Source: Takakia lepidozioides (lineage: Eukaryota > Plantae > Bryophyta). Taken from it: a DNA stretch of 64,000 nt. This document shows, in pieces, positions 51,539 through 62,000 of this stretch. The notes under the pieces were generated by a model. That model ran no database searches and had not been told where the DNA came from. It worked only from the letters and a program-made list of their open reading frames with translations. The position numbers and the translations under genes are program-made. Within the stretch, counting starts at the first letter, position 1. Every line of letters starts with the position of its first letter. The stretch spans positions 9,300,001 through 9,364,000 of the forward strand of contig CM060734.1 of the NCBI GenBank assembly GCA_030704615.1, in the 5' to 3' direction.

Positions 51539-53005
51539 TGTCGTGCGCATACATATCACTACACAACTACATTGTTGTACAATCCTCACAACACATATAT
51601 AACCACAAACCAGTCTGTCACAATGATAGAGAAACTCCATAAATCACTCATACTTGGTTAAGCCCACTGCACCCCAAGGCCATGGGGAATCCACAGTACA
51701 CAACGCCATAGCTGCCAGACGTGGTGAGGCTCAACTCAAGAGAGATGAGCCTCACCTCATCTGATGCGAGGATAACTCCCCCCAGGGCCCATTATTAATT
51801 TTGGGCCTTGGATTGACACTCGGGCAAAATCAAGTGTCAATACGAAACAACTAGGTACTTCTTAGCTAGTTTCACACTAGCTACATTAAACTAGATATTT
51901 TTTTACTAACTAGTAAGTTAACTTGACAGTTGTCGTGCGCATACATATCGCTACACAACTACATCGTTGTCCAATCCACACAACACATGTATAACCACAA
52001 ACCAGTCTGTCACAGTCGCCCCCCTAGCTGGTGGTTAGGTCCCTCTAACTCCAGATAGCTACAAGAGGTAATAGCCACATCCTCACTAAGTCCTCTATCG
52101 TTGTCCTTATTGTAGTCAAACTCTATAGACCAAGAGGCCGGGTACAAGAGTAGCCCCATCGTCAGTCGCCGTCTTGCAATCTGTGAACTTGAGCCAAGAT
52201 CTCGTGTATTGGTCTCCTAGTAGCTTGGCCTTGCATTTCTTGTTAGCCTTCCATGGTTGTATTCACTCCCACTATCCAATGCAACGTGGACATAACCAAT
52301 CTCCATCAGGAGCCATCTGAAGAGGTGGCGTCAAGCATCCCATGTGCCAACCTCTTGAGCATCGATCACACACCAGCATGGTGGCTGCCCCTCTGGCAGA
52401 CCCACACAACATGCACCTCAAACCTGCAGGTACCACGGCCAAGTTTGGGTCAATCCTTTCATCAACATTTGGAATGTGACATGGCGCGCAATTACGCACA
52501 TGGTCCTTCCAAGTCCTGCCATCCCGACCCTCCAAGATCATGACTCCTAACGGCAACACCTCTCGAACCCTCAAGATAATATGTCCTGCTGTCACATCCA
52601 CGGTCATAGGAGCAGTCTGCTGCAGATAACATAGTCACCAGGGTTAAACCTCCGAACCCCGGGACGATAGCCTCTACCACATATAGTGGCATATCTCAAC
52701 GTATCGTGGTGTTGTGCAATGGCAAGGTTCTCGAAAGCCATGGGCATGACTTTCTTGAACAACTCCACGCACTAATCACAGGCACGTGCCCACACGTCCA
52801 GATCGTCAAGATTGAGGATTGAAGCAACGTCTCTATGAATGGATGTAGGCAAATCTGGCTCTCGGCCAAAGAGTAGAAAATATGGTGAGAAGGAGGCAAG
52901 TGATGCTTGCTTGCTGAAATTGTAGCCCATGACTAACCACGGTAGCTGAAGGTCCCAATCTCCCAGGTGACCCTTCTGCAAGCCATACTTGCGCAAACCT
53001 CTTGT
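51539..53005 (-). mobile_element. Gypsy element 3' end: integrase C-terminus with PHD finger, PPT and LTR
   Basis: WDLQLPWLVMGYN.S.QAS...SPYFLLFGREP; C4HC3 PHD CMLC...LVCDRCSRGWHMGCLTPPL...PDGDWLCPRC; PPT CTAGGGGGCGAC; LTR-like 51539-52014. Confidence 0.88.
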
Positions 53006-53910
53006 GAATCTTGTTTTTGACGTGCAGAATTCTCACGATTGAATTCTTTCTCTTCCCTGCATATGTTCTCCAATTAACCTTTGGCCCAAACAACAAAGAA
53101 GAAGCTCATGGACTCTGGGCAGATTGTCTCACTGAGTTCCAAGTATAATTCACAATGGCTCTTGCCACATTCCTGTCACACGATGAGTGCTCACAATACG
53201 TTTTTACATTTCAGTCATGTACAATTGCGAGATAGCACCTCACACCCAACTTTCTCTCAAGTTCCAGCAAACCAAAATTCCATGGACAGGTTTAGTACGA
53301 ATTCACAACTACGGCACATGGTATTGGAATATATCCAGTCATCCCAGCCTCCACACCATGCACGATTCTCCCCCGTTCCAATTTTGTTCTTCCCTCACGG
53401 CACTTTCTCGATGTCTTTTCTCTATCCCTGTTCACAGCTCGTGTCTACAAATTTTTCACACCAAGGAGAGAGAGGGAGAGAATCCCTAATCTTTTCTACA
53501 TCACAATTATATTCTCATGTAGCCACGATCACTTGGAGCCTGCTACCTCATGCTGCATCACATGACAACCCCTTTCTTCTCGCCAGACATTTGTTGAACC
53601 GAGCTGAACGCTTCAACGCCCCGTCAAACTTGTCACAGGTTCGAGTTCCCATAAATGTTACAGTTAGGGTACATATGCATCAAGTTCATGCCAATAACAT
53701 GTATCAATGATATTTCAAAATGGATGAATGTAGTGCAATCCATCCATATTTTTTTTTAAATATTTTATCATTATTTTTTCAAATAATATATGACACCATA
53801 CTCTTAAACCCAACCATCCACTTATATTAAAAATACAGTCCCCCAAATAAAAACAGAGAAAACACTTTCATATTCTCCTAAAATGATATATGGGAGTAGT
53901 GTTCTATACT

Positions 53911-53982
53911 TTTCCATACCCTGTCTAAAAAGGACATGGCTCAATCTGGTTTAGCCATATTCTTTTGAGACAGGGTATGGGA
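53911..53982. repeat. Imperfect hairpin with about 30-bp arms
   Basis: CCATACCCTGTCTAAAAAGGACATGGCT ... AGCCATATTCTTTTGAGACAGGGTATGG. Confidence 0.75.
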
Positions 53983-54306
53983 GAGTGTACCTATAGGAGA
54001 GCCCGTTGTGCAGCAGGCTGCGGGAGGGCGACGTGGCGGATAGGGAGGCGAGGACATGGCAAGGCGTGGGCGTGGGCGAGGAAGGCTGGAGGGCAGGCCA
54101 GCCTTGTGCCCGCGTGGCGCTGAGGAGCAGGGAGTCAACGGGGAGGAGGGCAAGGGCTGTGAGCCAACGTGGTGCGGAGTACGTGGCAGGGCGGCAGTTT
54201 TTGCCCGGGCATCCCCGGCACTATCCTTCTTGTATCTGGGACATAGTGCCGAGGCCCGCCCGCCCCCCCCTCGCTCGCCCGACCGCCCCATCTCCCGCCA
54301 CTTGCC

Positions 54307-55024
54307 GATCCCGCCACCGTCGATCCCCACCTCTTCAAAATGCCCGATCCCCCCACCGCTCCGATCCCCCCTACATCGATCCCCCGCCGAGCAGGGACTG
54401 CTCCCCCCCATCACCCCCATGTGACACTCCCCCCTATGTTGATCCCCCCTCCCATACAGGGACTGATCCCCCAGCCCAGGGGATCCCGCCACGTGCTCCC
54501 CCGCATCGTCCACGTCCCCTCCATTGATACCCTCCTGCGATGGGGATGGATGAGGGTAGGATGAACGGAAAATGACACCAAAGGGCCACGTAGCGGTCCC
54601 CTCACCATCGATCCCCTACTCCCATCAAACGACGCGATGCCCCTCCCCTCCGCTCCCCCTCGGTTTATCCCCCTCCAACTCGGGGACTGATCCCCCTGGG
54701 GTTATCCGGAGCCACGTGGTGGTCCCTCGATCCCCTGCGCATCCATCCAACCTTAAAAAAAAGGGATGATGTGGGTCATCTGCCCCATCCCCCGTCATCC
54801 TCCTGTGGTCCCCTCGTCGTCAGTCCCCCCCACCCACCCTCCCATCACCGGCGCGATCCCCCGCAGGAGATCCCCCTTGGCCCTCTTCAACACCATGTGG
54901 CTGTCCCCCCGCCGCCGATCGTGCCTCCTGATCGCCCACTGCATGGCACTGCCCCTGCCGCCCATCTCCCTCCATGGCCTTGTGGCCGATCTCCTGCTTT
55001 GATCCCCCCTTCGACTGATCCCCC
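54307..55024 (+). repeat. GC-rich island with about 13 co-oriented GATCCCC motifs
   Basis: Counted by eye; all on the plus strand, irregular spacing. Confidence 0.75.
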
Positions 55025-55864
55025 AAGCTGTTTACACAACCAACGATGGGGTTCGCGCCACGTGGCCCTGCATGTGATGATGACTTTGTCGTAGAGGTAG
55101 GGTTGTCCATTCCCTTGTTCACGGTTTGCAACTGTCTTGCCTCTTTGTGCTCCTCCTTGGACGGGTTTGGGATGACCTCTCACTGCCTGAATCATGTCCG
55201 GTCTACGGCGTTTGTTACTCTCTTGCGAGGAACGTCTTGCACACGAGGCGTACATGGGATTTTCTTGTTCTCCTTTTGTTGTTGTTTCTTGTTTTCCTCT
55301 TTGTTGTTTGTTGTTTATTGTTTTCAAAGCTGAAATGGAGGAATGCAGTAGGCTGTAGCTAATCTTATGTGCAAGGAGATGATGGGCTATAACTATAGTA
55401 GCTTTCTCGTATGAAACTTCAGCCTCAACTTCATGTTTGCTTTTATATACTACTTACCTTACGAGATTGTTTTGTAAACATGGCTTCATAATATTATTTA
55501 CGTGCATTTTGCAGATTCGAAGATGGTTGCATATCAGGCAGCTGAATATGATTGTTGATGTGCAGTTTTCAGAGTCAAAGATGGTTGTATACGCCAGCTC
55601 ATAATGCATGCACTTATAGGGATTTTTTTTTCGCAGGGTTGCACACGTCAGTGACGTCACGTCACGTCGAACTTGACGCTGATGCGACCAACGTCACGTC
55701 AGTTTTGTCGAAAAATCAGTAAAACATGAGTTAAGTGAAAAATATGCCACGTAGGTGGACACGTTGTGTTCCAAGCGACACCTTGGCAAGTGAATGAATT
55801 GTTTTATAAATTACTCCATCCGCCAGTATTTGAGGTCATTTTAAAATCATTATTGTTAAATTGG

Positions 55865-56200
55865 TGCGACCTCCAAATGGTGGTGGTCGCAGAATTTATC
55901 TTATTTTTATCAGTTGCGACCACCAGCAGAGGGGTTGTCGCAGCATTTAAAAAAAATAAAAATAGATGCGACCACCAGCAGGGGCGGTCGCATTTTTTTC
56001 TTTTCTTAAACAGTTGCGACCACCGCTACTGGTGGTCGCACAATTTTTATTTTATTTGTAATAGGTGCGACCACCATCAGGGGGGTGGACGCAACATTTT
56101 TCTGTTTTTTAATATTTGCGACCACCAGCATGGGGGTGGTCACAACATTTTTCTGTTTTTAATAGGTGCGACCACCAGGAGGGGGGGGGGGGAAATGATT
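55865..56200. repeat. Seven ~50-bp units, each a TGCGACC...GGTCGCA hairpin separated by A/T tracts
   Basis: TGCGACC at about 55865, 55915, 55967, 56015, 56066, 56117, 56167. Confidence 0.85.
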
Positions 56201-56739
56201 TTTTCTTCGCTTGCAACTTTGTGTATGTGATTTGTACGTACTTAAGCACATATGGACCAAAGTTTAACTTCAACAAAGTTGTTTGAATGTGTTATTCAAA
56301 TTCATAACGGAGGTATGTGTCATATAGACGAGAAACAATCTTTCGCTTGCACATGAATTGTTTTTTATTCCATTCTGAAGCCATATGCTTGATAACAACA
56401 TGAAGAGTTGCATGCAAAATATCACCATGAACAGACATCGTCTGCATCCAAAACACATTTTATTCCCTCATTTGCACTCCAAGGTGAAGTTATCTTCAAC
56501 TTCATGCACTCTTCATAGAGAGTTCTGCAATAGTGAGCATAAAGCAAATGATGAACGTTTTTTTTCAAACATTTTTCTTTGGTACATTTTTTTGCAAGGA
56601 TGTGGTGGTGTGAGGGTTCAACTCACAGAACAAAATCAAGCCAAAAACAAAATCATTGCGCCCCACACCATTGCGCCCCACAATCCTATGCCCTCTAAAT
56701 CATTTTATTTAGTAAAAATCCAGTTCAATTCAAAATTGG

Positions 56740-58950
56740 ATGAAAGGGTGAACGGAAACTTCCCCGATGAAATGATATTTTATTGCTCCGAAACTTTGCA
56801 AGTGTCTTCTACATGCCCTCTTACACGTCTTTGAGAAATATGACATCAATCTAAAATGGCTTAAAGGGTGAACCAATCGTCCCCCTACCAAATGATTTTA
56901 AATTGATTTGAAACTTTGCAAGTGTCTTGCATGCCCTCTTACAGGTCTTTCACAAGTTTCAAGTCAATCTAAAATGGTTGAAAGGGTGAATCAATCATGA
57001 ACATATCAAATGATTTTTTAGTGCTTTAAAGCTTTGCAAGTGTCTTTCACATGCCCTCTTAAAGGTACTGGACAAGTATGAGGTCAGTAAAATATGGTTG
57101 AAAGGGTGAACCAATTGTTCCCCTATCAAATGATTTTATATTGCTTTGAAGCTTTGCAAGTGTCAGCCACATGCCCTCTTACAAGTACCGGACAAGTATG
57201 ACGTGAATAAAAAATGGTTGAAAGAGTGAATCAATCATTCCGCTATCAAATGATTTTATATTGCTTTGGATGTCATTGCTTTGGTAATTCTAGCCCTCTA
57301 ATGGCCCATTCTAACCCTTGAATTACAATTCAAGATGCAATTCAAGCCCTTAAAATTGGTAATGCCAGTCCTTAAAATGACCAACCCCGGCCGCCCCTCA
57401 AATTGTAATTTGAGCCCTTGAAATTGTCAATTCCAACCCCTCAAAATTGCAATTCTAGCCCCTGAAATGGCAATTCCCGCCCCTCAAATTACAATTGTAG
57501 CTTGTGAAATGGCAATTGCTAGTGCAGCCCCTGAAATTGGCTATGGGTGAACCAATCATTCCCCTGCCAAATGATTTTGGATTGATTTGAAACTTTGCGA
57601 GTATCTTGTACATGCCCTCTTAAAGTTAATGGACAAGTATGATGTCAATGTAAAATGGTTCAAAGGGTGAACCAACAGTTCCCCTGTTGGATGATTCATG
57701 ATTAATCGTTAACGATTGATCTCATATTACACTGGGACCTATCATAGGGTACATTGAACACACTGGCCAAGTTTCAAAACGAACAAAAATCATTTGGATG
57801 GGCAACCATCCGTTGGCCCATTGAACGAATTTCAATTGATCTCATATTACTCTGGGGCCTCTTCCATGGTACATTAAATATACTGGCCAAGTCTCAAAGC
57901 GAACCAAAATCATTTCGATGGCCAACCATCCATTGAGCCATCGAATGAATTTCGATTGATTTGATATTAGTCCGGGACCTGTGAGAATGTGTCTCAAACG
58001 TACTGGAAAGTTTGGAAGCAAACAAAAATGATTTGGATGGGCAACCATCCGTTCACCCATTGAATGTATTCTATTGGATCTGCTATTACTTTGGGACCTG
58101 TTGGACTGCATTTCGCATGCTCATGTTTTTTTTTTTCATTCCATTTTTGAATGGGGCGTGTAATGACTCCATATGCAATGTGCGTGCCAAATTTGGGAGC
58201 GATCAAAATTCATTTGGACCCAAAACCACAGTTTCTTGCCTGTTTTGCACTCCAAACTTGATTTGTGCTCTACTTCATGCACTCTTCATAGAGAGTTCTG
58301 CAATAGTGAGTGAAGAGAACACTTTTTTTTAGGGGCATTTTTTATTGGTCCAAATTTTGGCGGGGGAGTAGCAATGGGATGTTTGAAGCCGCAAAACAAA
58401 ATTGAGCCAAAAACAAAATCGATACGTGCCAGAAACCCCCAATGAAAGGCATTACAAACCTATTTATTGGCTTAAAATTAATTTAAATTGGAATGGCTCG
58501 AGGGGTGAGCGCGTCGATGGGGAGGCAAATGATTTATTCGTCTGTTCATTTATTTGTGATTAATCATTAATGGTGAAAAGGATAAACCAAAGGTTCTTTG
58601 ATCAAAAAAAATTTGAATGATTTGAAATTTTGCCAGTATGTTTTACATGCCCTCTTACATGGACCGGACAAGTATGAGATCAATAAAAAATGGTTCACAG
58701 GATGAACCAATGGTTACTTGATGTGCCAATTTCTGAATGCTTTCAAACTTTGCCATTGTATTGTACATGCCCTCTTAAAGGTACCGGACAAGTATGAGTT
58801 CGATTTAAAATATTGCAATGGGTGAACCAATGGTATCTTCATTCAGCAATTTTTGATTGTTTTGAAACTTTGCCAGTATATTGTACATGCCGTCGAACAG
58901 GTACCGAACAAATATGAGGTCATTCAAAAATGGTTCAAGGGATGAACCTC
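56740..58950. repeat. ~120-bp tandem repeat arrays in both orientations, with an inserted ~21-bp repeat block
   Basis: Forward units at about 56743-57270, 57545-57700 and 58577-58950; diverged inverted units at about 57716-58100; short repeats at about 57280-57545. Confidence 0.85.
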
Positions 58951-59044
58951 GTATTTCCAAAAATTACGTAGACTATACAGTGGGTTGCACATTTAAGTTT
59001 TCCAACCTGAGACCGTTGGCCTACTCCCTACGTTTCTAGCCTTT

Positions 59045-62000
59045 CTAGTCATCTTCATCTAGATTAATTACTTCGTTGTCGTCATCTCCAGATGTCGATG
59101 AAGATGCTGCGGGTGTAGAGGACGTGCCTCCACCAGTACGGAGAGTTCGAGCCTGGGCTCGAGTGGTTAAAGAGGGACCCAGTGTTGTGTGGTCCACCCT
59201 TGCCATCATGCGTAGCGTTCTAGGCGAGTGCTGACTCTCTTCCATTTGCCAGAGCCGGGTTTGTCGCTCTTACTATGGCTTCATGCAATTTTTCAAATAA
59301 ATCCGATATGTTTGGAAGTGGCAAGAACCCCCCTGGAATAGGGGCAACTTGGTCACGCCATGTGTTCTGCCAATACTTTACAACACTCGTGATGGTAGCC
59401 ATGAAATTGTCTAACACCTCCTCCTACTGGGGGTCTCTGCGCAACTCTGGAGGAAATGGCCCTTCATCCCGACGAGGCACCCAATACCTCTCATTCATAT
59501 CATCCCAACGGATGCTAACGTTCTCCAACTCCCTCAGAAATAGGTCTCTCCCAATCGGTTCGCGATTGTATGGGTCGTTTTCCCCTGACACCCATGGATC
59601 CTCAGGCAGTCAGAAGAATCTTTGTCTGGTACAGCTCCAATGCCCTCCCAAGTTCTGGCAAAAAAGCTCCCTTTGGATTGGTCTCGTATGCCTCTAGCAC
59701 GCACGGTTATTTCCCAGTTGGATGTCACCCAAAAGGTCACCGGATCTTTAACCCTAGATAACGTCATAGCATTCAAGGCGTGCATCTCTCTTGGAGCATC
59801 CCATGTCATTGTCTCCCCCCAGTGCTGACAATTTAAAAAATCGTAAGGCTCCACATCCAATGGCATGTTGTACCGGTTGTACTTGTATCCCGTGGGCATA
59901 TTGTCTTGCAACCCAAACAACTCGTAGAAACGTCGATGGATTGGTCCACGGCAGTCAGGGCATTGGCTGGCTCGCATGGCTGTCGATATGAGACATGTGG
60001 GGTGGAACAAATGGCCACATGAACCAAGCATATAGCCTCCCTCCGGTCCGTAAGGGTTTAGGCACATTGTGCACACCGTACCATCTGTTACCCATGTCGC
60101 TGGATTGCTCCGTGGTATCCACGTCCGCGATTCCTCATGAATGTCAGATGACATCCTCGGCCTGCTGTCCCACTCCACCTTGACTTCCAAATCCCAGTTT
60201 ATGTTCTTATTGGTATCGGAAATTGTATGCACACAGTGCTCAAACATGGCATCCTCATCACCCCATGTGGTGAATCCAGTGTACTTCGACGTGAATACAT
60301 CACGCATAGTGTCATGTCTTTGCTCATGGATTCAAAACCAGGGGTGTCTTTAGGCTCTGTACTGGGAGCCCTCTTCTTGGCTTTCCCCTTCAGCTCCTCC
60401 ATAGACTTGTTGTGTGCCACCTTCTTCGCCCTGGCAGCCAGAGCGTCAAGGAAGCTCTCATTGACACATTGGATGATGGTTGGGGGTTCTAGCTTTGGCC
60501 TCTGTGGAAACGTCACCGCCGAATACCGCCGTGTAGGCTCGCCCTCAAATGCCAACTTCTTGGCAGAGCCAGTCCTAGTCCGAACTGACTTGGGAACCTG
60601 GACAACTGGTGACTTGGTACCAGCAGCAGCAGTCGCAGGACCTTGCACAAAGTCGTCATCGGAGTCATTCCCTTGGGGGTTATTTTACTCCCCTGTTTCC
60701 GTGTCCTTTTCTTTTGACCTTTATTCTTCTCATTCAATTTCTCCTGAATACCTGCCTGAGCAAGCTCTGCCGCTTTCCTGGACTTGGCAAGCGCTTTTGC
60801 CTCCTTTGGACCCAGCGGAGGCAGTGGAGCCCGTTTTCGTCGGGCCTCCGCATCCAGCTTCAATTGAAACTCGGATGAGTCGAGCGAGCCGGGCGGAAGG
60901 TCCACATACCAAGAGCAGTCGCGCAAATGTTCCAGATGCCACTCCTTCACGATAACGTCAGTGTACATGGAGTCAGCCCCAGGGTTCCTCCATGCGAGGA
61001 AGAATGGCGGCTCAAAGGACAGATGACCTTTCTCCAAAAGGGAGAACTTGCAGTACCTGCATTCAAGAAACACACACAGAATGAGGTCCCGGGAACAAGG
61101 TAAATTATAGGGAATGAAACTGCAAAATAGACGCGAAAAATGGCGCCGAATAAACGAATAGACGCCGAACTGACTGGGCCCGGAACTGGAAAAATGGCGC
61201 TGAATTTCCAGTTTCGGTGCCAGCCACCCCAGGGACTTAGCCATTTTCGGGGCCCTGAAGTGGAAATTCGGCGCCATTTTCCCAGATTGGGGCCAAAAAT
61301 GGCTAAGTCCCAGAACTGACTGGGGCCGGAATTGGAAAAATGGCGCCGAATTTCCGGTTTTGGTGTCAGCCACCCAAGGGACTTAGCCATTTTCGGGGCC
61401 CTGAACTGGAAATTCAGCGCCATTTTCCCAGCTTGGGGCTGAAAATGGCTAAGTCCCAGAACTGACTGGGCCCGGGAGTAGAAAAATGGCGCCGAATTTC
61501 CAGTTTCGGTGCCAGACACCCCAATGACAGCCATTTTCGGGGCCCTGAACTGGAAATGTGGCGCCATTTTCCCAGGTTGGGGCCGAGAATGGCTAAGTCC
61601 CAGATCTGACTGGGCCTGCAACTAGAAAAATGGCGCCAAATTTCCAGACTAAGTGCCAGCCACCCCCTGGATAGCCATCCCCCAGGGCCCGAATCCGGAA
61701 ATTCGGCGCCATTTTTCCAAGGACTTCTTCACAACTAATTTTCATGCGCCACATAAGGCCTCTTAAATCCTCGAAATGTAGGGACTAAAAAGAAAGGCAT
61801 CGCGTATGTACCTGTACAGAAGGCGCATTGCCGCTTTGTCCCCGTTCGGCTGGTCGGTGAACTCGTGGCTCCGGTGGGCATGGGGTATCTCTCGAAAGAA
61901 TAGGTCGGTTTTGTAGAGCAGAAAGTACCTCGTCACATAGTCGCGTAGGCTCTCTGCTTCACCAGAAATCTCCAGCTTGAACTGATGTGATTGTGTGTCA

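Noticed and set aside
53941-55362. Many overlapping Pro/Gly/Arg-rich ORFs
   Set aside because: A by-product of high GC and low complexity; no domain signal.
55865-56200. CRISPR-like appearance of regularly spaced palindromic repeats (also 29922-31078)
   Set aside because: The spacers are A/T tracts or mutually homologous, there are no cas genes, and the context is eukaryotic.
60947-61621. Repetitive 224-aa ORF over the 145-bp repeats
   Set aside because: It lies within a GT-AG intron whose flanking exons match the homologue; the frame changes between repeat units.
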